64,000 nucleotides of DNA from IMG/VR virus record IMGVR_UViG_3300045988_149468, positions 32,001 to 96,000 of that record. One strand, 5' to 3'. A program made the position numbers and the translations under genes. Origin of the DNA: a virus. This document shows positions 20,001 to 29,395 of the stretch, one piece after another (positions within the stretch are counted from its first letter, which is position 1; the number at the start of each line of letters is the position of its first letter). The notes beneath the pieces are model-generated. The model had not been told where the DNA came from. It worked only from the letters and a program-made list of their open reading frames with translations, and ran no database searches.

Positions 20001-21935
20001 GCATTTACTACTCAAGCATTAAGAGGATTTACAGATATAGGTAAAACAACTACAATAGGTACAAAAATAGACATAAAGAAAAACACATTAGATTCTATAG
20101 AGTATGCTGTAAACTTAATGCAAGAATTAGAATATCGTATTGATAATGTCAATGATAAATTATCTTTATTGGATGTTAAAATGGAAAATGCAGTAGGTAC
20201 TAAGAAAATTGAATACTTACAAAAACAAAATGCGTTATATGAAGAACAAGCTAAATTACAAAAAGAACTTTATGATAATTTAACTCAAGAAAAGCAAATA
20301 GTTAAAGATAAATTAAGAACATATGGTTTTACAATAGATGCACAAGGGAATCTTAGAAATTATGAAGAAACACTTCTTAAAATGGAAAAAAGAGCTAAAG
20401 AGCTAGAAGACCAAGCCGAAAAAACTAGTAAAAAAGCATCAGATTATGATACTAAAAGTAATAGTAAGTCTAGTAAGAAAACTAAAAAGTCATTACAAAA
20501 GAAAGCCGATAGTTCTAAAGACGCTTCAGATAAATATAAAGAAAAACTTGAAAAGGTAAAAGATTTAACGGAACAATATCTAAAAATGCAAAGAGATGAA
20601 ATTCCAGATGCAGAAAAAGAATGGTTAGAAATGCAAAATGCTATTAAAAAAAATAATGATGAAATAGAAAAGTTAGAATTAGAAGATAAATTATATAAAT
20701 TCAAAAATAGTGTTACTGGATTGACTAATCAATATGACATATGGGGAGATAAAATTGACTTAATAGATACTAAGCTAAACAATTCATTACAAACAGATAA
20801 GGTTTCTTTATATCAACAAAAATTATCAGCTTTAAATAAACAACTTGAAATACAAGAAAAAACATTAGAATCTTTAAAAAATCAATTACCAGTTTATCAA
20901 GAAGCATTATCGAAATATGGTGTTCAGTTTGGAGAAAATGGTAATATCATCAATATGTCTAATGTATTAAATGAATATCAAAATAGTGAAGATTTAGAAA
21001 AGATTAATGATTTAATGAAAGAATATAATGACTTAATCAGAGATACAATTCCAAATGCACAACAAGAATATGAAGATTTGAATAATGCAATTCAAGATGT
21101 TTATAATAGTCAATTAGATGTTGTAAAAGATATTGAAGATAAGATTACTGATGTTATTAAGGATCAAATTGATAAACGTAAAGATTTAATTCAAAAACAA
21201 TATGATAAAGAAATTGAATTACTTAATAAACGAAAAGATGAATATAATAACAATAAAAATACAAATGATTATTATAAAAACTTAGAAGAAGCACAATCTG
21301 AAATTGATAAAATACAAGCTAAAATTAATAGACTAAGTTTTGACAATTCATTATCTAGTAAAAGTAAGATAAGCGATTTAATGGATGATTTAAAAGATGC
21401 ACAAGATAAATATAATGATTTAGTTAACGATAGACAAGACGATTTAATTAATAATATGTATGACGATGAAATTGATAAACTTCAAAAAGAACAAGAAGAT
21501 AAAATACAAGAGCTTGAAGATAAATGGTCAGATAGTAAAATAGCTGAATTAGTTGCTAATGCGTTAGGTACACAACAATTTATAGATATTGACGGAAATG
21601 TTCATAATTTACAAGATACACTGCTTAGTTTTGCTGAAGAAAGTGGAGATGCATTAGGAATATTAGGTGATAAGATTAAAAGTGAATTAGTATTAAATCT
21701 TCAAGATGCTTTAGAATATGCTAAAGATTATAGTAATATATTTGACAACTTAGGATTAAAACATCTAGGTAATGTAAACTATAGTGATAAACTTAATAAC
21801 AAAACATTACGAGTTGATGATATAAGTATTAATGTATATGGTACTGACAACATGGATGAACAAAAAATAGCTAAAGAAGTAGCTAAACAACTTGATGGTA
21901 AATTTAGTGAAATAACAAATGGAGGACTTTTATAG
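17001..21935 (+). CDS. tail tape measure protein, exon 5
   Basis: NARFIDSIEGKITKLKEQFNSLVTT..., then a hydrophobic segment and a long coiled-coil. No SD or ATG; the track assigns TTG 17064. The frame is open from 16992. Confidence 0.75.
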   Translation, partial: NARFIDSIEGKITKLKEQFNSLVTTTISTDSVKTFLDVLTSVLETVNGIVKAFDNIGMSAPLMIGVFASLGKTIKALGTGSALTVTGGSIFSNLLGRAGVQIPQTLQQSTTATEGFRVALTNVSGASMLASAKTAVLTAGVTLLNTVMTGLAIGAIALVCKALYDYVNANQIAHDRIEDNIDTTKSNINSYTKQKNSLKGIAEEYDNLADKTNKSTKESERYHELQQQIADTAPDLVLGQDSNGNPILALNGSLEDYIDNLDSAIKREQEFLKIQQNALANTSIGNLVKYTKDRSIVESSLGNMTNFSDAWDDSGSWWNKKGLKNAKDGADAYVRIVQERNDKVNKLNKTLTEHFTEVSQIEAEQQQKVFNELGDEYLYKNYNKLSKDGIKNTKNIMDTLIGNFNWGSEVVDTVAKQKDFIESFDEIASKVGKSKEEMQEWNKTLSEANYAFQETGDYEQFQKDISGITEELEKMTGIDAEKWAIGFTPALQGSLDADSIALSKFLKNYNKTLTELKSGDKVAIRIQAEYEDTNDFIQKITNMEDRQQQIDYMVKINTGEVEYGNLPYQIQEMIKGTLDGGKTMQDWESDVVMRIATEIQSNGELDDKTFDLIARMLNGELTDTEIKAGITLPSGDVLNAQLVGEINEVNKNKDKNIKVGIEADSEKLDEDLSTILGDKEEAKQLKVDLVTNFNEDKFETFNELIKDMDSDKQIQIATAFVNNGDADPDEIEQFISSLPDEIQKIVRIKYEESGKNDVENSVFNESKVQTIILDADDEKAQAKIKKLGKTLDDMDGVDRNIKVGIIENAGTGNVKDMMKALDLVKDLPEEKRLDVISNLQDIMVNFSEADKKQLKPKIMEILGDNSDANSKIDNTNAKDTPDKNLDINANDNASNKIHKVQQESIADKFFNIVVGVKETVAGAWKALTSGVGGLYSKGDNSTIKHKSISEFSNIGDNPIDVDSATPTAQSMDFNSMSDSPSVVDSDSTIDNTSSAISKVKAFTTQALRGFTDIGKTTTIGTKIDIKKNTLDSIEYAVNLMQELEYRIDNVNDKLSLLDVKMENAVGTKKIEYLQKQNALYEEQAKLQKELYDNLTQEKQIVKDKLRTYGFTIDAQGNLRNYEETLLKMEKRAKELEDQAEKTSKKASDYDTKSNSKSSKKTKKSLQKKADSSKDASDKYKEKLEKVKDLTEQYLKMQRDEIPDAEKEWLEMQNAIKKNNDEIEKLELEDKLYKFKNSVTGLTNQYDIWGDKIDLIDTKLNNSLQTDKVSLYQQKLSALNKQLEIQEKTLESLKNQLPVYQEALSKYGVQFGENGNIINMSNVLNEYQNSEDLEKINDLMKEYNDLIRDTIPNAQQEYEDLNNAIQDVYNSQLDVVKDIEDKITDVIKDQIDKRKDLIQKQYDKEIELLNKRKDEYNNNKNTNDYYKNLEEAQSEIDKIQAKINRLSFDNSLSSKSKISDLMDDLKDAQDKYNDLVNDRQDDLINNMYDDEIDKLQKEQEDKIQELEDKWSDSKIAELVANALGTQQFIDIDGNVHNLQDTLLSFAEESGDALGILGDKIKSELVLNLQDALEYAKDYSNIFDNLGLKHLGNVNYSDKLNNKTLRVDDISINVYGTDNMDEQKIAKEVAKQLDGKFSEITNGGLL

Positions 21936-21970
21936 TTCTCCTTTTTTATATTATAGAAAGGAGGATAATC

Positions 21971-22708
21971 ATGTTTTTAAGTCCTTATTTTTCATTTAAA
22001 GGGATTGATTGTAGAAATTATTTTATAATGATAACTACTACTGATAAAGATGATATAGTAGAAGTCGGTGTTCCATACAAAACAAATTTAACAATGGAAA
22101 ATTCATTTCATTATACGGAAGAAGATGAAACTCCAGATCCAATAGAATTTAATCTAACATTAGTAGATGAAAATAGAATACCTTTAAAATGGACGAATGA
22201 ATATTTTCAAAATATTAAAGATTGGTTGATAAGCGATGATTTTGAAGAATTTGTAAGTTATGATAATCCAGAGTATGTTTATTATTTTAAATGTATAAGT
22301 ATAGTAAAAAATTTCACATATGGTAAAGAAGGTTGGATAACTACAACATTTCAACCTTTAAATCATTATGCATATAAAAAACTGAACATCGATAAACTTG
22401 TGGATGGAAAAGAATATATTGAAATTAATAATATAACTAAAAAGGATTATGAACCAAAAATAATAATTAATAATCTAGGTACAGAAAATAAAACAATAAG
22501 AATAAATAATATGTTATTAAAAGATATAAAGAATAATGAAAATGTAACAATAGATAATTATATGTGTACTATATATGGGGATATGACTGGAAATTTATTA
22601 TCTAATAGTAATAGAAATTGGATTGTATTAAAACCTGGTCTAAATAAGATTCTAGTAGAGGGAAGTATGTTTATAAATATATTATGTGAATTTCCAGTCA
22701 TAATATAA
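21971..22708 (+). CDS. distal tail protein (Dit-like)
   Basis: 245 aa, SD AAAGGAGGA, immediately after the TMP. The assignment rests on position and size. Confidence 0.5.
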   Translation: MFLSPYFSFKGIDCRNYFIMITTTDKDDIVEVGVPYKTNLTMENSFHYTEEDETPDPIEFNLTLVDENRIPLKWTNEYFQNIKDWLISDDFEEFVSYDNPEYVYYFKCISIVKNFTYGKEGWITTTFQPLNHYAYKKLNIDKLVDGKEYIEINNITKKDYEPKIIINNLGTENKTIRINNMLLKDIKNNENVTIDNYMCTIYGDMTGNLLSNSNRNWIVLKPGLNKILVEGSMFINILCEFPVII

Positions 22709-22721
22709 GGAGGGGGATCAT

Positions 22722-25700
22722 TTGAAAATTAAACAATTAAGAACGATTAATAAATTAGAATTATGTAAAATTAATAAAACAATAATTGGAGAAATACCAA
22801 TCAAATTTTTAACTGAAGAAGAGTGTAAATTAGATGAAATTGGAACGTTAAATTTACAAATTCCTAAATATTTTCAAGATAATCACACTTTAAAAAAGAC
22901 AGAAGTATTAATCTATGATGATTTAAAGAATGAAAGATTTATAAAAGTAAATGAGTCAGATTATTATGTTATTAAAGAAATTAAAGAAGATAAAATAAAC
23001 AAAGTTAAAACAATTACAACTTATTCATATGAAAAGAAATTAGAAAAAAATAATATAGTTTTATCAGATATATCTTTATCACTACTTGATGTTGATGAAG
23101 AAAATGAAATATATTCTTTTAATGACGAATTGTATAAAACAACAGGTTGGAGTTTAGGGTATGTTGATGATACAGTAAGATATGATGAAACTGGTAGACC
23201 TAGAGTTAGAGTTCAAGAAAATACTGATACAAGCTTTTATCAATTTATTAAAGAAACAATTCAAGAACAATTTTGTTGTATTGCTGATTTTGATATTAAA
23301 AATAAAAAAGTAAATCTTTATGATGAAGATAGTTTTGGTGATGAGATAAAGATAATATTAAATAAAGATAATTATCTTAAAAATTTAGAAAATACAAGTA
23401 ATACTACTAGTTTAGTAACTCAACTAACATTACAAGGGAATGAAGATAAATGTATTGTTGAAGATGCAAATCCTAATGGAACAAATTATATAGAAGATTA
23501 TTCATACTTTGTTGAAACGGAAGAAATGAGTGAAGAATTAATTAATGCTTTAAACTTATATAATAAATTAACTGAAAAAAGAATAGCTGAATGGAGAGAA
23601 TTAAATACTCAAAAATCAATATTATTATCAGATATAAATAATAAAACAGGCAACGAAAATATTCTCACAAGCATGGTGAAAGAATATGAAAATTATATTA
23701 TAGCACATGAAAATATTGAAGAAGAAGGTATGGAATATGATTTAACTGATTTCAAAAATCAATTACAAATAAAAAGAGATGAATTAGTTGAATTAAATAA
23801 AGAATTAACTGATTTAGAACAACAATTAAATAATGTGAATAATAGAATTAAAGAATTAAATGGGTTGATTTTAAAAGAAACATCTAAGGATGGACAAGGT
23901 AATTTCATATTTAATGATAAACTATTAGATGAATTAAAAGAGTTTACATATAATGATACTTATTCAGAAGATTCTTTTATAGATGCTAATGAAATATTAA
24001 GAACTGGAAGACATTTATTAGAAAGTAAATGTAAACCAACAGTTGAATATTCTATTGATGTAAATGATTTTACAAGTAGAATAATATCAAACAAAACAAA
24101 AGGTGAATGGCAAGGAGAATTATCATTAGGAGATTTAATAGTATTATATGATAAAGAAACTAAAAAAGAAGAATATGTTTATTTTGTTGGTTGGAATAAA
24201 AAATACAATTATCAAAATGATTCGAATAGTGTCACAACAGAACTATCATTAGATCTATCTAACAAAAAAACGAATAAAACTAATACAAAAGTTATAGCCG
24301 ACTTATTAAAAGATAGCAAAAATAATAAAAAACAAATAAATTCAACAAAACATTTATTGAATGACCAAAAATATAATAGATTTAAATCTAATTTATTAAA
24401 TAATGAAGATATACTTTTGGACTTAGATGAACCTAGGCTGAACGATATGACTAAAGTTACAGGTATTGATTTAAATATATCAACTTTAACATTAGACATA
24501 AATGTTAGTAAACAAATAAAAGCATATGTTAGACCTACAACAGCAAAAAATACAAATGTTATATGGTCATCTTCAGATAACAATATAGCTACTGTGAGTA
24601 CTACTGGACTTGTTAAAGGTGTTAACTATGGTTCTTGTACAATAACAGCTATTACTGAAGAGGGTAATTTTAAATCTGTTTGTCAAGTTACTATTCAAAA
24701 ATCAATTGAAAATGAAGTTAAAGTAACTGGTGTTCAAGTATTAAATAGTAATATAGCACTTGATATTGGAGAAGAAGAATATATAATTCCAAATATTTTA
24801 CCTAATAATGCTACAAATCAAGACGTAACTTATGTTAGTAGTTCTCCTACTATTGCTACTGTAGATAATACTGGTAAAATTACAGGCGTTAATTATGGTA
24901 TTTGTGAAATAAAAGTTATACCTGTAGATAATCCTGAGATATCAGCTAGATGCTATATTTCAATTAGCACAGAAGACAAAAAGGATTATACAACCCTAAA
25001 CAATGCATTATTTATAGGTGATGGCAGAATTGCTGAAATGAATAGTTTAGGTATACTTAATAAATTATATGTTGATGCTAAAGCCGATGTTGATATAACT
25101 TACTTTAATAGTAGAATAAATACTTATCCTGTAAATCCAACTTGTATAATTGTAATGCCTAATATAAATGATTTAAGTGAACAAGGCGCATTTAATGTTA
25201 AGACATTATTAACTACTTTAAAAAATAAGTACCCAACTAAAAATATTTATCTTGTAACTCCATTACCAGTAGGTGTAAATTATGAAAGTTCTAAATTATA
25301 TTCTGAAGTTAATAATCAAATTACCAAATTTAATTCATTAATAAAAGATTATGCTAATTTGTTAAATGTTAAGAGTGTAAATGCTAATTTAAACTTAGTA
25401 ACAAATGGTACATTAAATAGTTATTATAGTAAAGATGGATATTATTTAACTGAAACAGGATATAGGATATTATGTAATAATATTACTAATACCATTTTAA
25501 ATTATATGAATGTTAAACAAGATACACCAAAAGACGATGATGATAAAAAAGATGATGATAATAATTCTAGTGGTGGATTAAGTAAACAAAGACAATTAAT
25601 AATTGACAGAGCTGAGGAAATTGTTAAGATGTGTAAAAATGGTAAAACTTGGTATAGTCAATATAATAGAACAACAGATTGGAATAAGAAACAAATAATA

Positions 25701-26729
25701 AAATATTCTAGTGAGACAATATATTCTCAAGGTAAACAATATACTTACAAACAACCAGGAAAAGGGAAAATCGGATTTGATTGTAGTTCGTTTGTCGGAG
25801 TTTGCTATCAAAACGCTGGATATGACTTCATGAAAGGTTTATCTTGTGCTGGTGGTAATTTACAATCTACAGCTAAGAAACACAATGCTAAGATGTGGAG
25901 ATATGTTGATAGTAAATTTGAGAAATGTTTACCAGGCGATATAGTAATGATGGCAAATGATTCCGTTGATTTAACTAAAAGTAATATGGCAACTTGTTCA
26001 ACACATCATACAGCTATTTACATGGGAAATGGATATATAGCCGAAGCTGTCGGGTATTCGACAGGAATAGTGAAAAGAAAGAGAACCCCTAATAGTCAAT
26101 GGTTCTTTATGAGAATTGAAGAATTAACTAAGACAGATAAAAAATCAAATGATGATTCTAGTGAAAGCGGAAGTAATGATAATTCAAGTTCAGATAATGG
26201 AAGTGGAAAAAACTGTATAAATCAATCAGGTACCATTGATGGACATAAATATATTTATAGATTTGCAAAAGCTCGTTGTACGGCTTATGGAGATAGTTCA
26301 AGTACAGGTGCTGGTGGCAAATTAACTATTGGAAAAAGTTGTGGTGCACATAATCTTCCGTATTCTACTAAGCTTTTTATACCTTCAACTGTTGGTAAAT
26401 TTGGTAATAAAGATGGCATATGGGAAGTTAAAGACACAGGTGGATATACAACTGATTTTGACCTATTGATTGCTAAATCTGATAGTCAGGCTGAAAAATT
26501 ATTAGGAAATCCTTTGGTGACAGACGTATACGTTCTCGAATGGGGAGATGGTAAAACAGCATGGTCATTTACGGAAGCCATTGAATGGTGTAATAAATAT
26601 TATGGAGTAGGTGCTTTTCATACTTCATGGAAAACATATATGAAATATGGTGGTTGTACAATAAACTTCTGGAGATTCAAAGACCATGACAAAACTATAA
26701 AATCTAAATCTTGGTATAATAAATTATAA
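22722..26729 (+). CDS. tail-associated lysin (Tal) with Big_2 x2, SGNH/GDSL esterase, NlpC/P60 and 3D domains
   Basis: TTG start after AAGGAGGGGG. Two Ig-like repeats at about 24490-24950 (ATVSTTGLVKGVNYGSCTITA and ATVDNTGKITGVNYGICEIKV). SGNH-like region at about 25000-25510 (LFIGDGR ... SKDGYYLTETGY). NlpC/P60 at about 25600-26100 (GFDCSSFVGVCY, HHTAIYMGNG). C-terminal 3D-like region at about 26210-26729 (RCTAYGDSS..., VKDTGG, DFDLLI). Confidence 0.8.
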   Translation: MKIKQLRTINKLELCKINKTIIGEIPIKFLTEEECKLDEIGTLNLQIPKYFQDNHTLKKTEVLIYDDLKNERFIKVNESDYYVIKEIKEDKINKVKTITTYSYEKKLEKNNIVLSDISLSLLDVDEENEIYSFNDELYKTTGWSLGYVDDTVRYDETGRPRVRVQENTDTSFYQFIKETIQEQFCCIADFDIKNKKVNLYDEDSFGDEIKIILNKDNYLKNLENTSNTTSLVTQLTLQGNEDKCIVEDANPNGTNYIEDYSYFVETEEMSEELINALNLYNKLTEKRIAEWRELNTQKSILLSDINNKTGNENILTSMVKEYENYIIAHENIEEEGMEYDLTDFKNQLQIKRDELVELNKELTDLEQQLNNVNNRIKELNGLILKETSKDGQGNFIFNDKLLDELKEFTYNDTYSEDSFIDANEILRTGRHLLESKCKPTVEYSIDVNDFTSRIISNKTKGEWQGELSLGDLIVLYDKETKKEEYVYFVGWNKKYNYQNDSNSVTTELSLDLSNKKTNKTNTKVIADLLKDSKNNKKQINSTKHLLNDQKYNRFKSNLLNNEDILLDLDEPRLNDMTKVTGIDLNISTLTLDINVSKQIKAYVRPTTAKNTNVIWSSSDNNIATVSTTGLVKGVNYGSCTITAITEEGNFKSVCQVTIQKSIENEVKVTGVQVLNSNIALDIGEEEYIIPNILPNNATNQDVTYVSSSPTIATVDNTGKITGVNYGICEIKVIPVDNPEISARCYISISTEDKKDYTTLNNALFIGDGRIAEMNSLGILNKLYVDAKADVDITYFNSRINTYPVNPTCIIVMPNINDLSEQGAFNVKTLLTTLKNKYPTKNIYLVTPLPVGVNYESSKLYSEVNNQITKFNSLIKDYANLLNVKSVNANLNLVTNGTLNSYYSKDGYYLTETGYRILCNNITNTILNYMNVKQDTPKDDDDKKDDDNNSSGGLSKQRQLIIDRAEEIVKMCKNGKTWYSQYNRTTDWNKKQIIKYSSETIYSQGKQYTYKQPGKGKIGFDCSSFVGVCYQNAGYDFMKGLSCAGGNLQSTAKKHNAKMWRYVDSKFEKCLPGDIVMMANDSVDLTKSNMATCSTHHTAIYMGNGYIAEAVGYSTGIVKRKRTPNSQWFFMRIEELTKTDKKSNDDSSESGSNDNSSSDNGSGKNCINQSGTIDGHKYIYRFAKARCTAYGDSSSTGAGGKLTIGKSCGAHNLPYSTKLFIPSTVGKFGNKDGIWEVKDTGGYTTDFDLLIAKSDSQAEKLLGNPLVTDVYVLEWGDGKTAWSFTEAIEWCNKYYGVGAFHTSWKTYMKYGGCTINFWRFKDHDKTIKSKSWYNKL

Positions 26730-26815
26730 AATTTTACAAAAATAGGTTTAAAATTTCCTCCTTTTGATAACAATATATAATATGAATATAAAAATTAATA
26801 AGGGGGAATTAACTT

Positions 26816-27829
26816 ATGTATTTTAATTTAGAACACAAACAGATGGTAGAAAATCGTGGCTATATTTATATTTACAGTTATGATAGAAAAGAAGTAACAT
26901 TAGATAGTAAAAATAAGAATAAAAATAAAATTCATATAAGAGTGAAATGTCCTTATTGTAAGAAAAAATATGACATAGATATTTATACATTTAGAAATGG
27001 TTCACATTGTAAATATTGTTGTCATGAATATAAAAAATCATTTGCATATTATATTGAAGAAGAATTAGGGTTAGACCTTAATGATGTTTGGGATTGGGAA
27101 GAGAATAGCAGACGAGGAATTAATCCTTGGGATATATTAATAAAAAGTGATAAAATAATTTATATATGGTGTCAAGATAAATGGTATCATGGTAGTTATA
27201 AAACAGCACCTAGCTTATTTTACAAAGGAAGAAGATGTCCCTATTGTAATCCTTTTGCTAGTCATAGAGTGCATAAGTTAGATAGTTTTGGATATTTATA
27301 TCCAGAGAAAGCTAAGTACTGGGATTATGAAAAAAACAAAAATAAAAAACATAAAACTCCATTTGATGTGGCACCTCATAGTACTATTGAAAAATATTGG
27401 TTTAAATGCGAAAAATGTAATACACCATTTGAGAGAAGTTTAAACAGCATGAATCGAGAAGATACAGGGGTAGTATGTGAACAATGTAATGGGTCTCAAC
27501 TAGAACAAAAAGTAAAAAAAGTTTTAGACAAATATAATCAATTTTATTATAGAGAAAAAGAATTTAATAATTTAATAGGTCATGGAAAAAGAAATTTAAG
27601 ATTTGATTTTTATTTACCTAATCATAATTTATTAATAGAATGTAATGGTAAACAACATGAAGAATTTACATCTTTCTTTTGTAAAAATAAAGCAGACTTT
27701 GAAAGACAATTAGAGCACGATAGACGCAAGAAACAATACTCAATTGACCATAACATCAACTTCTTAGAAATTTGGTATTATGATATAGATAATATAGAAC
27801 AAATACTAACAAAGCAATTAAATCTATAA
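26816..27829 (+). CDS. free-standing paralogue of the intron homing endonuclease (zinc ribbons plus Vsr/PD-(D/E)XK-like domain)
   Basis: It has its own leader motif (TATAAT 26776-81, 11 bp, AATTAATAAGGGGG) and terminator. It contains CPYC..CKYC, CPYC and CEKC..CEQC ribbons. The C-terminus reads FDFYLPNHNLLIECNGKQHEE, compared with ...LLIEYDGKQHFE in the intron copy. Confidence 0.7.
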   Translation: MYFNLEHKQMVENRGYIYIYSYDRKEVTLDSKNKNKNKIHIRVKCPYCKKKYDIDIYTFRNGSHCKYCCHEYKKSFAYYIEEELGLDLNDVWDWEENSRRGINPWDILIKSDKIIYIWCQDKWYHGSYKTAPSLFYKGRRCPYCNPFASHRVHKLDSFGYLYPEKAKYWDYEKNKNKKHKTPFDVAPHSTIEKYWFKCEKCNTPFERSLNSMNREDTGVVCEQCNGSQLEQKVKKVLDKYNQFYYREKEFNNLIGHGKRNLRFDFYLPNHNLLIECNGKQHEEFTSFFCKNKADFERQLEHDRRKKQYSIDHNINFLEIWYYDIDNIEQILTKQLNL

Positions 27830-27842
27830 TATAGAAATTAAT

Positions 27843-27868
27843 AAGGCATCTTAGTGTGCCTTATTTTT
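27843..27868 (+). terminator. rho-independent terminator
   Basis: Stem AAGGCA/TGCCTT with an 8-nt loop, followed by ATTTTTAT. Confidence 0.6.
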
Positions 27869-27890
27869 ATGTTTAAAAGGAGGTGAAATA

Positions 27891-29384
27891 ATGGCATTAT
27901 TAAATAATTCCCCTGCGAATGGATATATATACTTTGAAAATCCATGTATACAATACAATGGAACAATCTATACAATCAATTCAATGTATACAAATAAACC
28001 ATATATTTATTTTGATATATCTGATCCTAAAATATTAAAAGACTTTGATTATAGACAACCTGATGAAAATTTAATACTAGTTGTAAAAAATAATGATGGT
28101 TTTGCTATGATTTTAGAAGGTAACACAGCTTTAGAACTAACTTTTGACGGAATTAATGCAAAAACATTAGCTAATAAACTAAATTCAGTTAATAAAAACT
28201 CACAAGAATATAAAAATGAATTAAGTGAAATTAATGATAGCGTTAATTCTCTATCTGATGATTTAGTTAAGACTAATACGTTCAATGAGATTAAAGAAAC
28301 ATTTAATACATCAACAATACAGCTAAATAATAAATTGGTAAGTTTAACTGTATTAGTTAAAAATAGTGTATCGGATAATTTGTTAACTACTTCTGAAAAA
28401 GGAAATATAAATTATGAATATGGTTTATTTGAACAACGAATATTAGAAGTCCTATCTCAATCAAATTCATTAATAGCTTTATATAGTACTTCTTCTAGTA
28501 ATATAGATGAAAATGTTATATCTTCTGTAGAAAATAATGAATCTGAATTAACTGGATTGGTTGCCGAACTAAACATTCAAATGAACGAATTAGTTAATCT
28601 TCAAACAGAAGCTGTAACTTCTGCTGATATAGTTGATATAACTAGTAACTTAACAACTATAAGTTCATCATTGGTATCATTAAAAGATAATTGTAATAAT
28701 TTAATATATCTTGGTGCAGGAAATACTATTGTAGACACAACAAATAATATTTCTTTTAGATTGGACACTTTAGACAACATTGTATCTGAATTAAAAGAAA
28801 GTGTTACTTCTGGATTTGAAGAGGAAAAGAAAAATATCCAAAATATAATAAACAATGATATAAATATATGTAACAAATTAGGAAATTTATTATATCAAAT
28901 AGTTTCAAGTGATGGAAATCAAATGACGCAATCTCAGAAATCATCTATAGGAACATATTGTAATGGATTAGAAAATAATTTGAATAAATTAAAAGGTATA
29001 TATGAAGTTTATTATGAAAACGAAGCATTAGACAGCACGTTAAAAAAACAATTTAAAGAAAGTATGGACGATTTTATAAAAATACAAACTACAATGACAG
29101 ATGATTTAAAAGAAAGTATTAGTGATTTAATTCTTACATCTAAAGAATATAGAAGATATTTTGCTTATTTAGAATTGTTTAGAAGTGCAAGGAGTGATTT
29201 ATCTAGTAAATTTATGTCAGTTATAAACTTAGTTATTAATTCACAAGGTTCAGATAGTATAGATGCTATTAATACAAAGATACAAAATATAAATGACAGT
29301 ATAGCAAGTATAACACAAGAAATAAATACTATAAAAAATAAATGTGATGATTTTGATAAAAGATTAAAAGCATTAGAAGGATAG
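27891..29384 (+). CDS. coiled-coil baseplate/fibre structural protein
   Basis: 497 aa, SD AAAGGAGGTG, long low-complexity helical regions. Structural by context. Confidence 0.5.
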   Translation: MALLNNSPANGYIYFENPCIQYNGTIYTINSMYTNKPYIYFDISDPKILKDFDYRQPDENLILVVKNNDGFAMILEGNTALELTFDGINAKTLANKLNSVNKNSQEYKNELSEINDSVNSLSDDLVKTNTFNEIKETFNTSTIQLNNKLVSLTVLVKNSVSDNLLTTSEKGNINYEYGLFEQRILEVLSQSNSLIALYSTSSSNIDENVISSVENNESELTGLVAELNIQMNELVNLQTEAVTSADIVDITSNLTTISSSLVSLKDNCNNLIYLGAGNTIVDTTNNISFRLDTLDNIVSELKESVTSGFEEEKKNIQNIINNDINICNKLGNLLYQIVSSDGNQMTQSQKSSIGTYCNGLENNLNKLKGIYEVYYENEALDSTLKKQFKESMDDFIKIQTTMTDDLKESISDLILTSKEYRRYFAYLELFRSARSDLSSKFMSVINLVINSQGSDSIDAINTKIQNINDSIASITQEINTIKNKCDDFDKRLKALEG

Positions 29385-29395
29385 GTGATAATAAA

